Positions 44,893 to 52,538 of a DNA stretch of 64,000 nt are shown here, one piece after another; position 1 is the stretch's first letter, and every line of letters begins with the position of its first letter. Source of the DNA: Bacillota bacterium (lineage in GTDB: Bacteria; Bacillota; Clostridia; Christensenellales; CAG-138); NCBI GenBank assembly GCA_016286445.1, contig JAEESS010000007.1, positions 3,318-67,317 on the forward strand. Reading direction: 5' to 3'. Both the position numbers and the translations under genes were made by a program. The notes below the pieces were generated by a model. It searched no databases and was not told the DNA's origin. It saw nothing but the letters and a program-made list of their open reading frames with translations.

Positions 44893-46539
44893 ATGGAAGA
44901 GCTTTTTGAAGTAAAGGAGCCGCCGAAAAAGAAGAAGAAAAAGAAATCCGGAAGGACTTTGCTGATCGTTCTGGGCGGCATTTTGCTTGTGCTGGGCGTC
45001 GCTGCCTTTTTCGGGTATCGGTATGTCAACAGGATCCTGAAGCGTCCGGAGACGATGTTCGATCGCGAAACGGAAACGCCGATCCCGGAGAAAACGCCGA
45101 TAGCGCCTGCGTTCGAGATCCCTGTGGAGGTGCCGGACAGGGATGATTCCTCTGCGGAAGCTTCCGATCCGTTCGGGATCGAGCCGCAGACGACGGAACA
45201 GTCGGAGCGTTCGGAGGAGACGCCTGCCGATTCCGACAGTGTTGCATACAATGGGATTCTGAACGTCATGCTGATGGGGATCGACGCCTATGAGGATGGC
45301 AGGACGACGAGCGGAACGATGCCGCATACCGACAGCATGATGGTGATCACGGTGAATTTCGATCAGGATACGGTGGACGTTATTACGCTGCCGCGCGACA
45401 CGTTTACGACTGTACCGGGGTATTCGGGCTTTTATAAGCTGAACGGCGTGTTTAATGTGGGACTCGGCGGCAAGTTCAGCACGACCGGAAAAGCAGACGA
45501 CCTTGCGGACGGATTCAAGCTGGTATGCCGCACGGCGGAGAAATGGCTCGGCGGGATCTCCATTCCGTATTATTACGGCGTGGACTTTCAGGCGGTGATT
45601 GATATCGTCGATGCGATCGGCGGGATCGACTATGATGTGGATCAACAGTTCCGGTCGATGAACCGCAGACAGAGCTATCACGTCGGCATGCAGCATCTCG
45701 ACGGCGATGCGGTCATGGGATATTTGCGTATCAGAAACTCGGCGGACGGACTTGACAGCTCCCGCACGGCAAGACAGCGCAAAATGATGGTGGCAATCTT
45801 TAAGAAACTGAAGAACGAAGGAAAGCTTTCGCAGATCCCGGCTTTGATTTCGGCGGCAAACAGCGGGATATACACGAATACTTCCTTGGGACAAACGGCG
45901 GCGCTGGTCAACTATGCGGCAAAGCTGGATTCGGACAATATCCGTACAAGAGCGATGTACGGCGATATCGGCGATATCGAAGCGTATTGGAGATTCGCCT
46001 ATGTGAATCAGCAGAATCGCCTCGATATCATTAGCGAAGTATACGGCATCGAAGCTAAACCCGTCGGGTTCTGCACCAGACAGTACGAACGATGGCTGGG
46101 CCGGATCGGCTTTTTGACCATAAAGTATCTGCATCAGGTTGAAAAGGTCCTGCAGACGGTTCAGGAGAAGAAGGACGCAGGGGAATCGTTTACGGATGAG
46201 CAGATCGCGCTGTATGCCGCTTGTTATAACGACTATATCGCGCTGCATAACGTGTATGATACCGATTTTGCGGCGCTTGCCGCGGAATATGCCGCGGCCC
46301 CGTGGCGGGAGAAGCTGAATGAACAGAAGACGCTGACAACAGAGCAGGAGCAGAAAAACACCGAGATCAGCAACCGGGAAACGGAACTCTTTGCGCATAC
46401 TCAGGATCTGATGAAGAACCTGAAGAAATCGACCGAGGATCTTGTGCACTCGATCAAATGTCGGAATTGCTCCTGGCGGTTGGCGGATAGATGGTATGAA
46501 GATAAGGACATAAACGAAGTATTCGTGAACTTCGGTTAA
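44893..46539 (+). CDS. LCP (LytR-CpsA-Psr) family phosphotransferase, copy 2
   Basis: Lys-rich N-terminus plus TM, then LNVMLMGIDAYEDG...HTDSMMVITVNFDQDTVDVITLPRD...YYYGVDFQAVIDIVDAIGGIDYDV...RTARQRKMMVAIFKKLK. Paralog of 16590..18131. Confidence 0.85.
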   Translation: MEELFEVKEPPKKKKKKKSGRTLLIVLGGILLVLGVAAFFGYRYVNRILKRPETMFDRETETPIPEKTPIAPAFEIPVEVPDRDDSSAEASDPFGIEPQTTEQSERSEETPADSDSVAYNGILNVMLMGIDAYEDGRTTSGTMPHTDSMMVITVNFDQDTVDVITLPRDTFTTVPGYSGFYKLNGVFNVGLGGKFSTTGKADDLADGFKLVCRTAEKWLGGISIPYYYGVDFQAVIDIVDAIGGIDYDVDQQFRSMNRRQSYHVGMQHLDGDAVMGYLRIRNSADGLDSSRTARQRKMMVAIFKKLKNEGKLSQIPALISAANSGIYTNTSLGQTAALVNYAAKLDSDNIRTRAMYGDIGDIEAYWRFAYVNQQNRLDIISEVYGIEAKPVGFCTRQYERWLGRIGFLTIKYLHQVEKVLQTVQEKKDAGESFTDEQIALYAACYNDYIALHNVYDTDFAALAAEYAAAPWREKLNEQKTLTTEQEQKNTEISNRETELFAHTQDLMKNLKKSTEDLVHSIKCRNCSWRLADRWYEDKDINEVFVNFG

Positions 46540-46546
46540 GCCTCAG

Positions 46547-46572
46547 AGCCCCCTTCTTCGGGGGCTTTTTTA
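46547..46572 (+). terminator. Intrinsic terminator
   Basis: AGCCCCC-TTCTTC-GGGGGCT followed by TTTTTT. Confidence 0.8.
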
Positions 46573-46625
46573 TGCGTAAACGCAGTCGTGCCGGACGGCT
46601 TCCGACCGCGGCGTGCAGCGAAGAA

Positions 46626-46653
46626 TTGACTTTTTGCATGGGAATGGTATAAT
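46626..46653 (+). promoter_or_regulatory. Sigma-A-type promoter (TTGACT-16-TATAAT)
   Basis: TTGACT at 46626-46631 and TATAAT at 46648-46653, about 75 nt upstream of the ATG at 46731. Confidence 0.55.
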
Positions 46654-46730
46654 GATCTGACGTTGCGGAAGAGAGACGGGGAAAGAAGGAGCGAACGTAC
46701 CGTAAAGCGGTTTTGCCGGGGTAGGGAACG

Positions 46731-47876
46731 ATGGAGAATGCAGGAAAGCGCAGTGCTGTTTTTCGAGTGGTAAAGGGCTTTGTCAGGAAAAATCTTGTCA
46801 TGGTCATCGCGCTTGTCGCCGCGGCGGTCACGATGTTTTTTGTGCCGCCGGACAAGGCGTATCTCGGCTACTTCGATTTCAAGACGCTGACCTGTCTCTT
46901 CTGCGTGCTCGCGGTCGTCTGCGCGCTGAAGGATATCCGGTTCTTTTATGTTCTTGCGCGCAAGGTCGTGCAGCTGTTCAAAAACGCCCGCATGAGCGTG
47001 CTCGGTCTCGTCTACATCACATTTATCGGCTCCATGCTGATCGCAAACGACATGGCGCTTCTGACGTTCCTTCCGCTCGGGTTCTTCGTACTGTCCACGA
47101 CGCGCAAGGAAAAATACATGTCGTTCACCTTCATCATGCAGAACATCGCGGCGAATCTCGGCGGCATGCTGACGCCGTTCGGCAACCCGCAGAACCTGTA
47201 TCTGTACACAAAATTCGAGATCCCGAACCTCGAATTTATGCGGATCATGGCGCCGCCGTTTTTGTTCTCCGTTGCGCTGATCACGCTCTGCTGCATCATT
47301 TTCGTGAAACCCGAGCCGCTGAAGCTCGACGACGAAAGGATCCATCTGCCGGAGGGGCGGACGATCCTGTATCTTTGCCTGTTTGCGCTTGCGATCGCGA
47401 TCGTGTTCCGCGGCATTCCGTACTGGGTCGGACTGATCGTCATTCCGGCGGTGCTGCTGTTTGCGGATCGGAAAGCGCTCCTGGAGGTCGATTATCCGCT
47501 GCTCATGACGTTCGTGTTCTTCTTCGTGTTTGCGGGCAATATGGCAAGGATCGACGCTGTCCGCAACTTCTTCTCGGGGCTTCTTGCGAAGAACACGCTG
47601 CTGTTTTCCGTTCTTTCGTGTCAGTTCATCAGCAACGTGCCGTCCGCCGTGCTGCTTTCGCAGTTTACGACAAACTATCCGGACCTTCTCGTCGGCGTCA
47701 ACATCGGCGGCGTCGGCTCGCTGATCGCGTCGCTGGCAAGCCTGATCACGCTGCGCGAGCATATCAAGAACAATCCGGGCAGGACGATGTCGTATATCGG
47801 CAAGTTCTCCCTGTTTAATTTCTCGTTTCTGATCCTGCTCGTCGGCTTTATGCTGCTGCTGAAATGGATCGCGTAA
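46731..47876 (+). CDS. ArsB/NhaD-superfamily anion permease (CitMHS-like)
   Basis: 381 aa polytopic protein. ...GSMLIANDMALLTFLP... and ...GGMLTPFGNPQNLYLY... resemble this permease superfamily. Substrate unknown. Confidence 0.6.
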   Translation: MENAGKRSAVFRVVKGFVRKNLVMVIALVAAAVTMFFVPPDKAYLGYFDFKTLTCLFCVLAVVCALKDIRFFYVLARKVVQLFKNARMSVLGLVYITFIGSMLIANDMALLTFLPLGFFVLSTTRKEKYMSFTFIMQNIAANLGGMLTPFGNPQNLYLYTKFEIPNLEFMRIMAPPFLFSVALITLCCIIFVKPEPLKLDDERIHLPEGRTILYLCLFALAIAIVFRGIPYWVGLIVIPAVLLFADRKALLEVDYPLLMTFVFFFVFAGNMARIDAVRNFFSGLLAKNTLLFSVLSCQFISNVPSAVLLSQFTTNYPDLLVGVNIGGVGSLIASLASLITLREHIKNNPGRTMSYIGKFSLFNFSFLILLVGFMLLLKWIA

Positions 47877-47885
47877 GGAGGACGT

Positions 47886-48449
47886 ATGGAGAGCATTCAT
47901 GAGAAGAAAAAAGCGCTTCGCAAATCGGTCACGACGCGGGTGAAACTGCTGCCCGGCGCGTACCGCGCAGCGGCGAGCTGCAGCATCGCAAAGCAGGTGC
48001 TGACCTCCGAAGAGTACCGCGCGGCAAAGCGGATCTTCCTCTATATCGGCATGCCGACGGAGCCGGACACCGCGGGGATCATCGAAGCGGCGCTTTCGGA
48101 CGGCAAGGACGTCTATGTTCCGAAATGCATCAGCAGGACCGAAATGCTCGCCGTGCGCATCCGAAGCACTGCCGATCTCGTGCCCGGGGCATACGGCATT
48201 CCGGAGCCGACCGATCTTTCCGAAACGATCGAGCCGGACGCGATCGACCTGATCCTCGTGCCGTGCGTGTCCGCGTGGACGGACGGCAGGCGTCTCGGGC
48301 ACGGCGCGGGCTATTACGACCGCTTCCTCGCGGGCGGCGCGGACAAAACGCTCTGTCTCTGCTTTCGCAAAGCGCTTTCGCCCGACATTCCGACGGACGA
48401 AAACGACGTCCGCATGCATCGCGTGATCTTTGATCCGGAATCCGTTTGA
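47886..48449 (+). CDS. 5-formyltetrahydrofolate cyclo-ligase
   Basis: ...KKALRKSV...IFLYIGMPTEPDT...GAYGIPEP...DLILVPCVSAWTDGRRLGHGAGYYDRFL. Confidence 0.85.
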   Translation: MESIHEKKKALRKSVTTRVKLLPGAYRAAASCSIAKQVLTSEEYRAAKRIFLYIGMPTEPDTAGIIEAALSDGKDVYVPKCISRTEMLAVRIRSTADLVPGAYGIPEPTDLSETIEPDAIDLILVPCVSAWTDGRRLGHGAGYYDRFLAGGADKTLCLCFRKALSPDIPTDENDVRMHRVIFDPESV

Positions 48450-48481
48450 ATGCCGACACGGGCAAAACAGAATAGAAAAGC

Positions 48482-48516
48482 AAATCGGAGAAAGCCCCGG
48501 CTCTCTCCGATTTTTG
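48482..48516 (+). terminator. Intrinsic terminator
   Basis: AAATCGGAGA (48482-48491) / TCTCCGATTT (48504-48513), a 10-bp stem running into a T-run. Confidence 0.7.
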
Positions 48517-48587
48517 TTATTTCTATGGATTTTCGGCGAGGAATCAGATCCCGGCACGGGTGCTCGTACCCATACAGACGCGTTTTG

Positions 48588-48877
48588 TCATCCGATATTC
48601 CGGACGATGCCGGAGAAAAGAATGGAACCGTCTCTGCCCGTGATAAGGAACAGGAAGGGCCGGTCCAGAACAAAGTCGATTTCCGCGTCCGGCCCCGCAG
48701 CGCCTTCCGCCATAGCGAGCGCGTAAATGCCGCGCCGGTCACGCCCTGCTCGTCGATCTCCACCGTTGCGGCATGTTCCGCCGCGCTCAGGTAAAGGTCG
48801 TCCCGGTCCGTCGCCAGCGGCGTAAAGTCCGCAAGGACGGGATCCAAAGCGTCCGTCAGCCCGAGCGATTGGATGAT
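48588..48877 (-). pseudogene. Serpin gene remnant (C-terminal ~95 codons, with a frameshift in the reactive-centre-loop region)
   Basis: One frame reads IIQSLGLTDALDPVLADFTPLATDRDDLYLSAAEHAATVEIDEQGVTGAAFT. A second frame continues ALAMAEGAAGPDAEIDFVLDRPFLFLITGRDGSILFSGIVRNIG*. Together these give the serpin hinge, RCL and C-terminal signature. TGA TGA lies immediately upstream in the first frame (plus 48878-48883), and no N-terminal ~300 aa are present. Confidence 0.6.
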
Positions 48878-49023
48878 TCATCATCCAAACCGGCTCGCCT
48901 CCTTTCACCCATATACACGACGTCCGCAGCAAAATTTTACAACGGTTTATAAAAACAGCATGAAAACAAAAACGGAACGGTCCGCCGGGAACCGCTCCGA
49001 ATGTCACCGCTCAGGCGGTTTTG

Positions 49024-49452
49024 TTATTCTTTCGCTTTCATCCGTTCGAGCAGTTTCCGCTTCAAAAGCTCGTAGCGCTCGCGCTTTTCTTCCTTTGCAA
49101 AATGCACCTCGCGGAACTGCTCGGGACAGTTTGTGTAATCGAGCGTTACGGTTCCGAACTGCTCGCTGGTCAGATCAAACGTGCGGCCTTCGACTGCGTT
49201 GAAGCAATGATAATTTCCATCCGGAAGCGGCACGCCGTACACCTTTCCGCCGAAAAGATCCTGCAGGAGAAACGCCGTGATCGAACACTGCCCGAGCGTT
49301 GGGTTTTCAGGGCTCCAGTCGGCGCGCATGCGCGGCGCACAGGTCTTTACGCACCACACGTCCGAAAGAAGATCATAGTAATCCCGCGGCGTCAGACCGT
49401 TTTTGTCCGTGACCGTCGCTGTTTCCCAACCGTAAAACCGATATGTTTTCAT
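49024..49452 (-). CDS. Conserved hypothetical protein (YunG-like, name recalled only)
   Basis: 142-aa ORF whose ATG overlaps the SRAP stop (ATGA). ...NPTLGQCSITAFLLQDLFGGKVY...NYHCFN...FDLTSEQF. Confidence 0.5.
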   Translation of the reverse strand: MKTYRFYGWETATVTDKNGLTPRDYYDLLSDVWCVKTCAPRMRADWSPENPTLGQCSITAFLLQDLFGGKVYGVPLPDGNYHCFNAVEGRTFDLTSEQFGTVTLDYTNCPEQFREVHFAKEEKRERYELLKRKLLERMKAKE

Positions 49453-50057
49453 GATAGCGGTCCTCCTTCGACCGGAACGGAAAGGTTATAGATAAACTCG
49501 TGGAAGTCCGTGTCGGGCGAGAGCCATTCCTCCGCGCGGGAGAACGGCACGAGCACCGGCATGCGCGGATGGATGTCGCGGATCGACGGTTCGGCGTCCT
49601 GCGTGAGGATGGAGAAGCAGGGGAGACGGTGTTCGTCCGAGGTGCGGATATAGAGCCCCGCCAGATACAGCGGCTCCCGGTTGACCGCGCCGATTGCGCA
49701 GCGGACCTTTTTGTTTGATTCGGTCTTTTTCCACTCGAAGTAGCGGGATGCGGGGATCAGGCACCGGCGCTCGTCGATGCTCGAAACGAACAGATCCTTT
49801 TCCGGCGCGGTCTCCATGCGGGTATTGAACACGAGCATTCCGCGGGTCGGATGCGTAAAGCCCCACTGCATCGGAAACGCGCCGAGGCGGCGGTTCAAAG
49901 CGCTCGGCGCGATGACCGGCGCAATGTCGGTCGGACGGATCTCGCCGGACGTTTTCATGTTCGCGCAGATCTTTCCGGACACGCGCAAAGCCTGCCGGAT
50001 CAGCTCTTCGAGCTGTTCGTCCCGGATCTCCTGATAAATCTCATATCTTCCGCACAT
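49449..50057 (-). CDS. SOS-response-associated peptidase (SRAP/YedK family)
   Basis: Starts MCGRY (Cys2 nucleophile after Met removal). ...FNTRMETAPEKDLF...RCLIPASRYFEWKK...FSILTQDA...IHPRMPVLV. The track start 50066 adds 3 unsupported codons. Confidence 0.85.
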   Translation of the reverse strand: MCGRYEIYQEIRDEQLEELIRQALRVSGKICANMKTSGEIRPTDIAPVIAPSALNRRLGAFPMQWGFTHPTRGMLVFNTRMETAPEKDLFVSSIDERRCLIPASRYFEWKKTESNKKVRCAIGAVNREPLYLAGLYIRTSDEHRLPCFSILTQDAEPSIRDIHPRMPVLVPFSRAEEWLSPDTDFHEFIYNLSVPVEGGPLS

Positions 50058-50189
50058 ATCCGTCACCGCCTTTTTTCCATTTTACCAGCTTTTCCCGCGT
50101 TTGAAAAGCCCCCGCCGCACACGAATCCCGTCGAAAACGGCTTCTTGCCGCAAAGAAAAAAGCCTCGCGGGGAGGCTTTTTGCTCTCGG

Positions 50190-52412
50190 TTATTTCACCT
50201 TGGCGGAAAGCACGTTCGACCAGTCGCCGAAGTACGTCATACCCTCGAACACCTGATACGAGCGTACCGTCACATAATAGGTCGTGCCGGATTTCAGGTT
50301 TTTGATCACGTTCTGATACTGATCCGGACGCGTGATCTTGATCGCGGTGACGTTCTTGGTAAAGCTCCGGTCCGTTGCGTACTTGATCTGATAGCCGGTA
50401 AAGACCTTGGAGCCGGACCATTTGACGGTCAGCTGCTTCGATCCGGGCGTAACGGCGTTCAGCTTGCGCGTTGTGATGCGTACGGTCGTTTTCAACGGTC
50501 CGACAAGCCCGAGGTTGAAGTTGTCCATCGGATCCTCGAAATACGCCTTGACGCCGTACTGATAGCGCGTTCCGGCATAAACGGTCGTGTCGATCCACGA
50601 CGCGGCAGTCGTGTTGTTCCAGCGTTCAAACGTCGTCCAGCCCGCGCTTGCAAGGTTCCATGCGCGGCGATAGATGACATAGCCCCTTGCACCGGAGACC
50701 GGTTCCCAACTCAGTCGAATGCCATTGTCAACGTTCTGCACGGCGGTCGTGTTCGTTGCGGGCAGATAGATCTTGAACCAAAGCGTCAGCATTCGATCCG
50801 TCCCCTTGAACGCGACAGTCGCCTTTGCTGTGCCGGGGGTCGTATTGTTTGTATAGCGCACGGTATAGTATGCGGGATCGATCTCACTGCCGGACGGATC
50901 CGTTACGACGACGGAGGGCTTCTGGGCAAAACCGTTCGCGACGACGTACGCCGTCGTGCCCTTATACTGCACGGCGCCGTCCCGGAACGAGGCAAAGGCA
51001 TCGCCGGTATATGCGGGAACGAGGGAGACGTCCACCTGCATCGAACCCTTGCCGGTGTCGTACAGATAGGTGAAGGAATCGACCGCTTCCTGTGCTGTCA
51101 CGACGCCGGTCGCGGGATCGTAGGAGAGCGCCGCGTCGGAAACCGAGACGCGGGACGGATCCGAAACAAGCGCATGCATGTCGAACGTGTACGCACCGCC
51201 GTCCGCCGCAAACCCGCCGACGGCGGTCACCGTCTGCGTGCCGGGTTGGCAGTTCTTCAGCGTCCCGTATCTGCCGAGATCCAGTTCAGACAAACAGTTT
51301 CCGCCGCACCAAAGCAGATACAGCTTTGATGCGGGGTCAAGGATCAGTTCGGACAGGCGATTGTTCGGGCAGTAGATGTTCTCGATCTTCGGACAGGCGG
51401 AAAGATCGAGAACCGACAGCCTTCCGACGATCTCCAGAATGTTCAGGTTCGGGCAGGCGGAAAGATCGAGCGCATCCAGATCGGTGGAAACAAGCATCAG
51501 ATCGGTCAGCGCGGGCTTGCTGCCGAGCTTCAGCGTGTGCAGCTTCACGTCGTCGTACATGTTGTCGTTCTCATAAAGGATCCGGATCAGCTTCTCGCAG
51601 TTGGAAAGATCGAGTGCCCCGACCGGGCAGCTGTCCAGATGCAGCGATTGAAGCTTTGTGCATTTGGTCAGATCGAGCGCGGTGATCGGCACGTCCATCA
51701 GACCAACACTGCGCAGGTATGTGCAATTCGTAACGTCCAGCGCTGCAACGGGACAAGACATGAGAAAGAGCGATTTCAAAAGCCTGCAGTTTGTAAGATC
51801 GAGCTCCGTGATCGGCGCATCGGTCAGATCCAATGTATGCAGATCGGTGTTTTCGGAAACGTTCAGCGCTTCGATCGGAACGCTATACAGGAGCAGATCG
51901 GTAAGCTTTTTGTTGTGCGAAAGATCCAGCGTGCGCAGCGAGGCGTTTTCGATGCTGAGGTAAGTCAGCTCCGCAAGCTGAGAAAGATCGATCGACGCCG
52001 TGTCACAATTCTGAAGCGTCAGCTTGAGAAGCTTTGTGTTTGCCGAAAGATTCAGACGGGTCACGATCGTATCGGTGTGAAGGGCCAGCACCGTCAGCTC
52101 CGTAAAGTGTTCAAGCCCGGTAAAATCGGATACGCTTGCGTCGATCTCCATCTCCCTGACGGAAAGGACCCGGTCCCTTGTCAGATACCAGACACGGTCG
52201 TCAAAGTCGGCTTCATCGTCGGGATCGCATTGTCCGTAGTGTTCCCGAATGAACAGACGGAACTGCTCATCCGGGAACGTCCGTTCGTTGATCTCAAGAT
52301 AGTGCGCATCGCGCGGCGTTTCGATTTCGGCGCCTTCCTCCGCGATCGCGGCAGGCGCAAGCGCAAAGAGCATCAGCAATGCCAGCATCAGTGCAAGACA
52401 TCGTTTCATCAT
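50190..52412 (-). CDS. Secreted protein with leucine-rich repeats followed by Ig/FN3-like domains
   Basis: Signal peptide MMKRCLALMLALLMLFALAPAAIA. About 22-aa LRR units (LDLSHNKKLTDLLL..., LDLTNCRLLKSLFL..., LDLTKCTKLQSLHL...). C-terminal FN3-like segments (GIRLSWEPVSGARGYVIYRR, LTVKWSGSKVFTGYQIKY). Paralogous to the ectodomain of 52539..54779. Confidence 0.75.
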   Translation of the reverse strand: MMKRCLALMLALLMLFALAPAAIAEEGAEIETPRDAHYLEINERTFPDEQFRLFIREHYGQCDPDDEADFDDRVWYLTRDRVLSVREMEIDASVSDFTGLEHFTELTVLALHTDTIVTRLNLSANTKLLKLTLQNCDTASIDLSQLAELTYLSIENASLRTLDLSHNKKLTDLLLYSVPIEALNVSENTDLHTLDLTDAPITELDLTNCRLLKSLFLMSCPVAALDVTNCTYLRSVGLMDVPITALDLTKCTKLQSLHLDSCPVGALDLSNCEKLIRILYENDNMYDDVKLHTLKLGSKPALTDLMLVSTDLDALDLSACPNLNILEIVGRLSVLDLSACPKIENIYCPNNRLSELILDPASKLYLLWCGGNCLSELDLGRYGTLKNCQPGTQTVTAVGGFAADGGAYTFDMHALVSDPSRVSVSDAALSYDPATGVVTAQEAVDSFTYLYDTGKGSMQVDVSLVPAYTGDAFASFRDGAVQYKGTTAYVVANGFAQKPSVVVTDPSGSEIDPAYYTVRYTNNTTPGTAKATVAFKGTDRMLTLWFKIYLPATNTTAVQNVDNGIRLSWEPVSGARGYVIYRRAWNLASAGWTTFERWNNTTAASWIDTTVYAGTRYQYGVKAYFEDPMDNFNLGLVGPLKTTVRITTRKLNAVTPGSKQLTVKWSGSKVFTGYQIKYATDRSFTKNVTAIKITRPDQYQNVIKNLKSGTTYYVTVRSYQVFEGMTYFGDWSNVLSAKVK

Positions 52413-52432
52413 TTCGTAATACCTCCGTTTTC

Positions 52433-52462
52433 AGTATAAATCGCATCAAATCTTCGTGTCAA
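52433..52462 (-). promoter_or_regulatory. Sigma-A-like promoter (TTGACA-18-TATACT, minus strand) upstream of the secreted LRR protein
   Basis: Minus-strand TTGACA (plus 52457-52462) and TATACT (plus 52433-52438). Preceded by an 11-bp perfect hairpin at 52475-52515 (GCAAAGCCGCA / TGCGGCTTTGC). Confidence 0.4.
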
Positions 52463-52538
52463 TCGGGCCGGCGGGCAAAGCCGCACATGGTACGGGGTGT
52501 GAAATGCGGCTTTGCGCCGTTCCGTCCCGAAACCTCGG

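Noticed and set aside
46654-46730. About 75-nt leader upstream of the permease / 5-formyl-THF cyclo-ligase operon as a possible folate/ZTP-type riboswitch
   Set aside because: I could not match it to the conserved cores of THF, ZTP or other riboswitch classes I know, and it is too short for most. It is left as a plain 5' UTR.
46536-48557. 673-aa minus-strand ORF
   Set aside because: It is antisense to the permease and 5-formyl-THF cyclo-ligase genes, which have clear family motifs. The translation is Arg-rich with no RBS or motif. Shadow ORF.
48314-48847. 177-aa track ORF as an intact gene
   Set aside because: Only its first ~45 residues are serpin-like. The remainder is out-of-frame read-through that runs antisense into the 3' end of the cyclo-ligase gene. 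It is interpreted as part of the serpin remnant.
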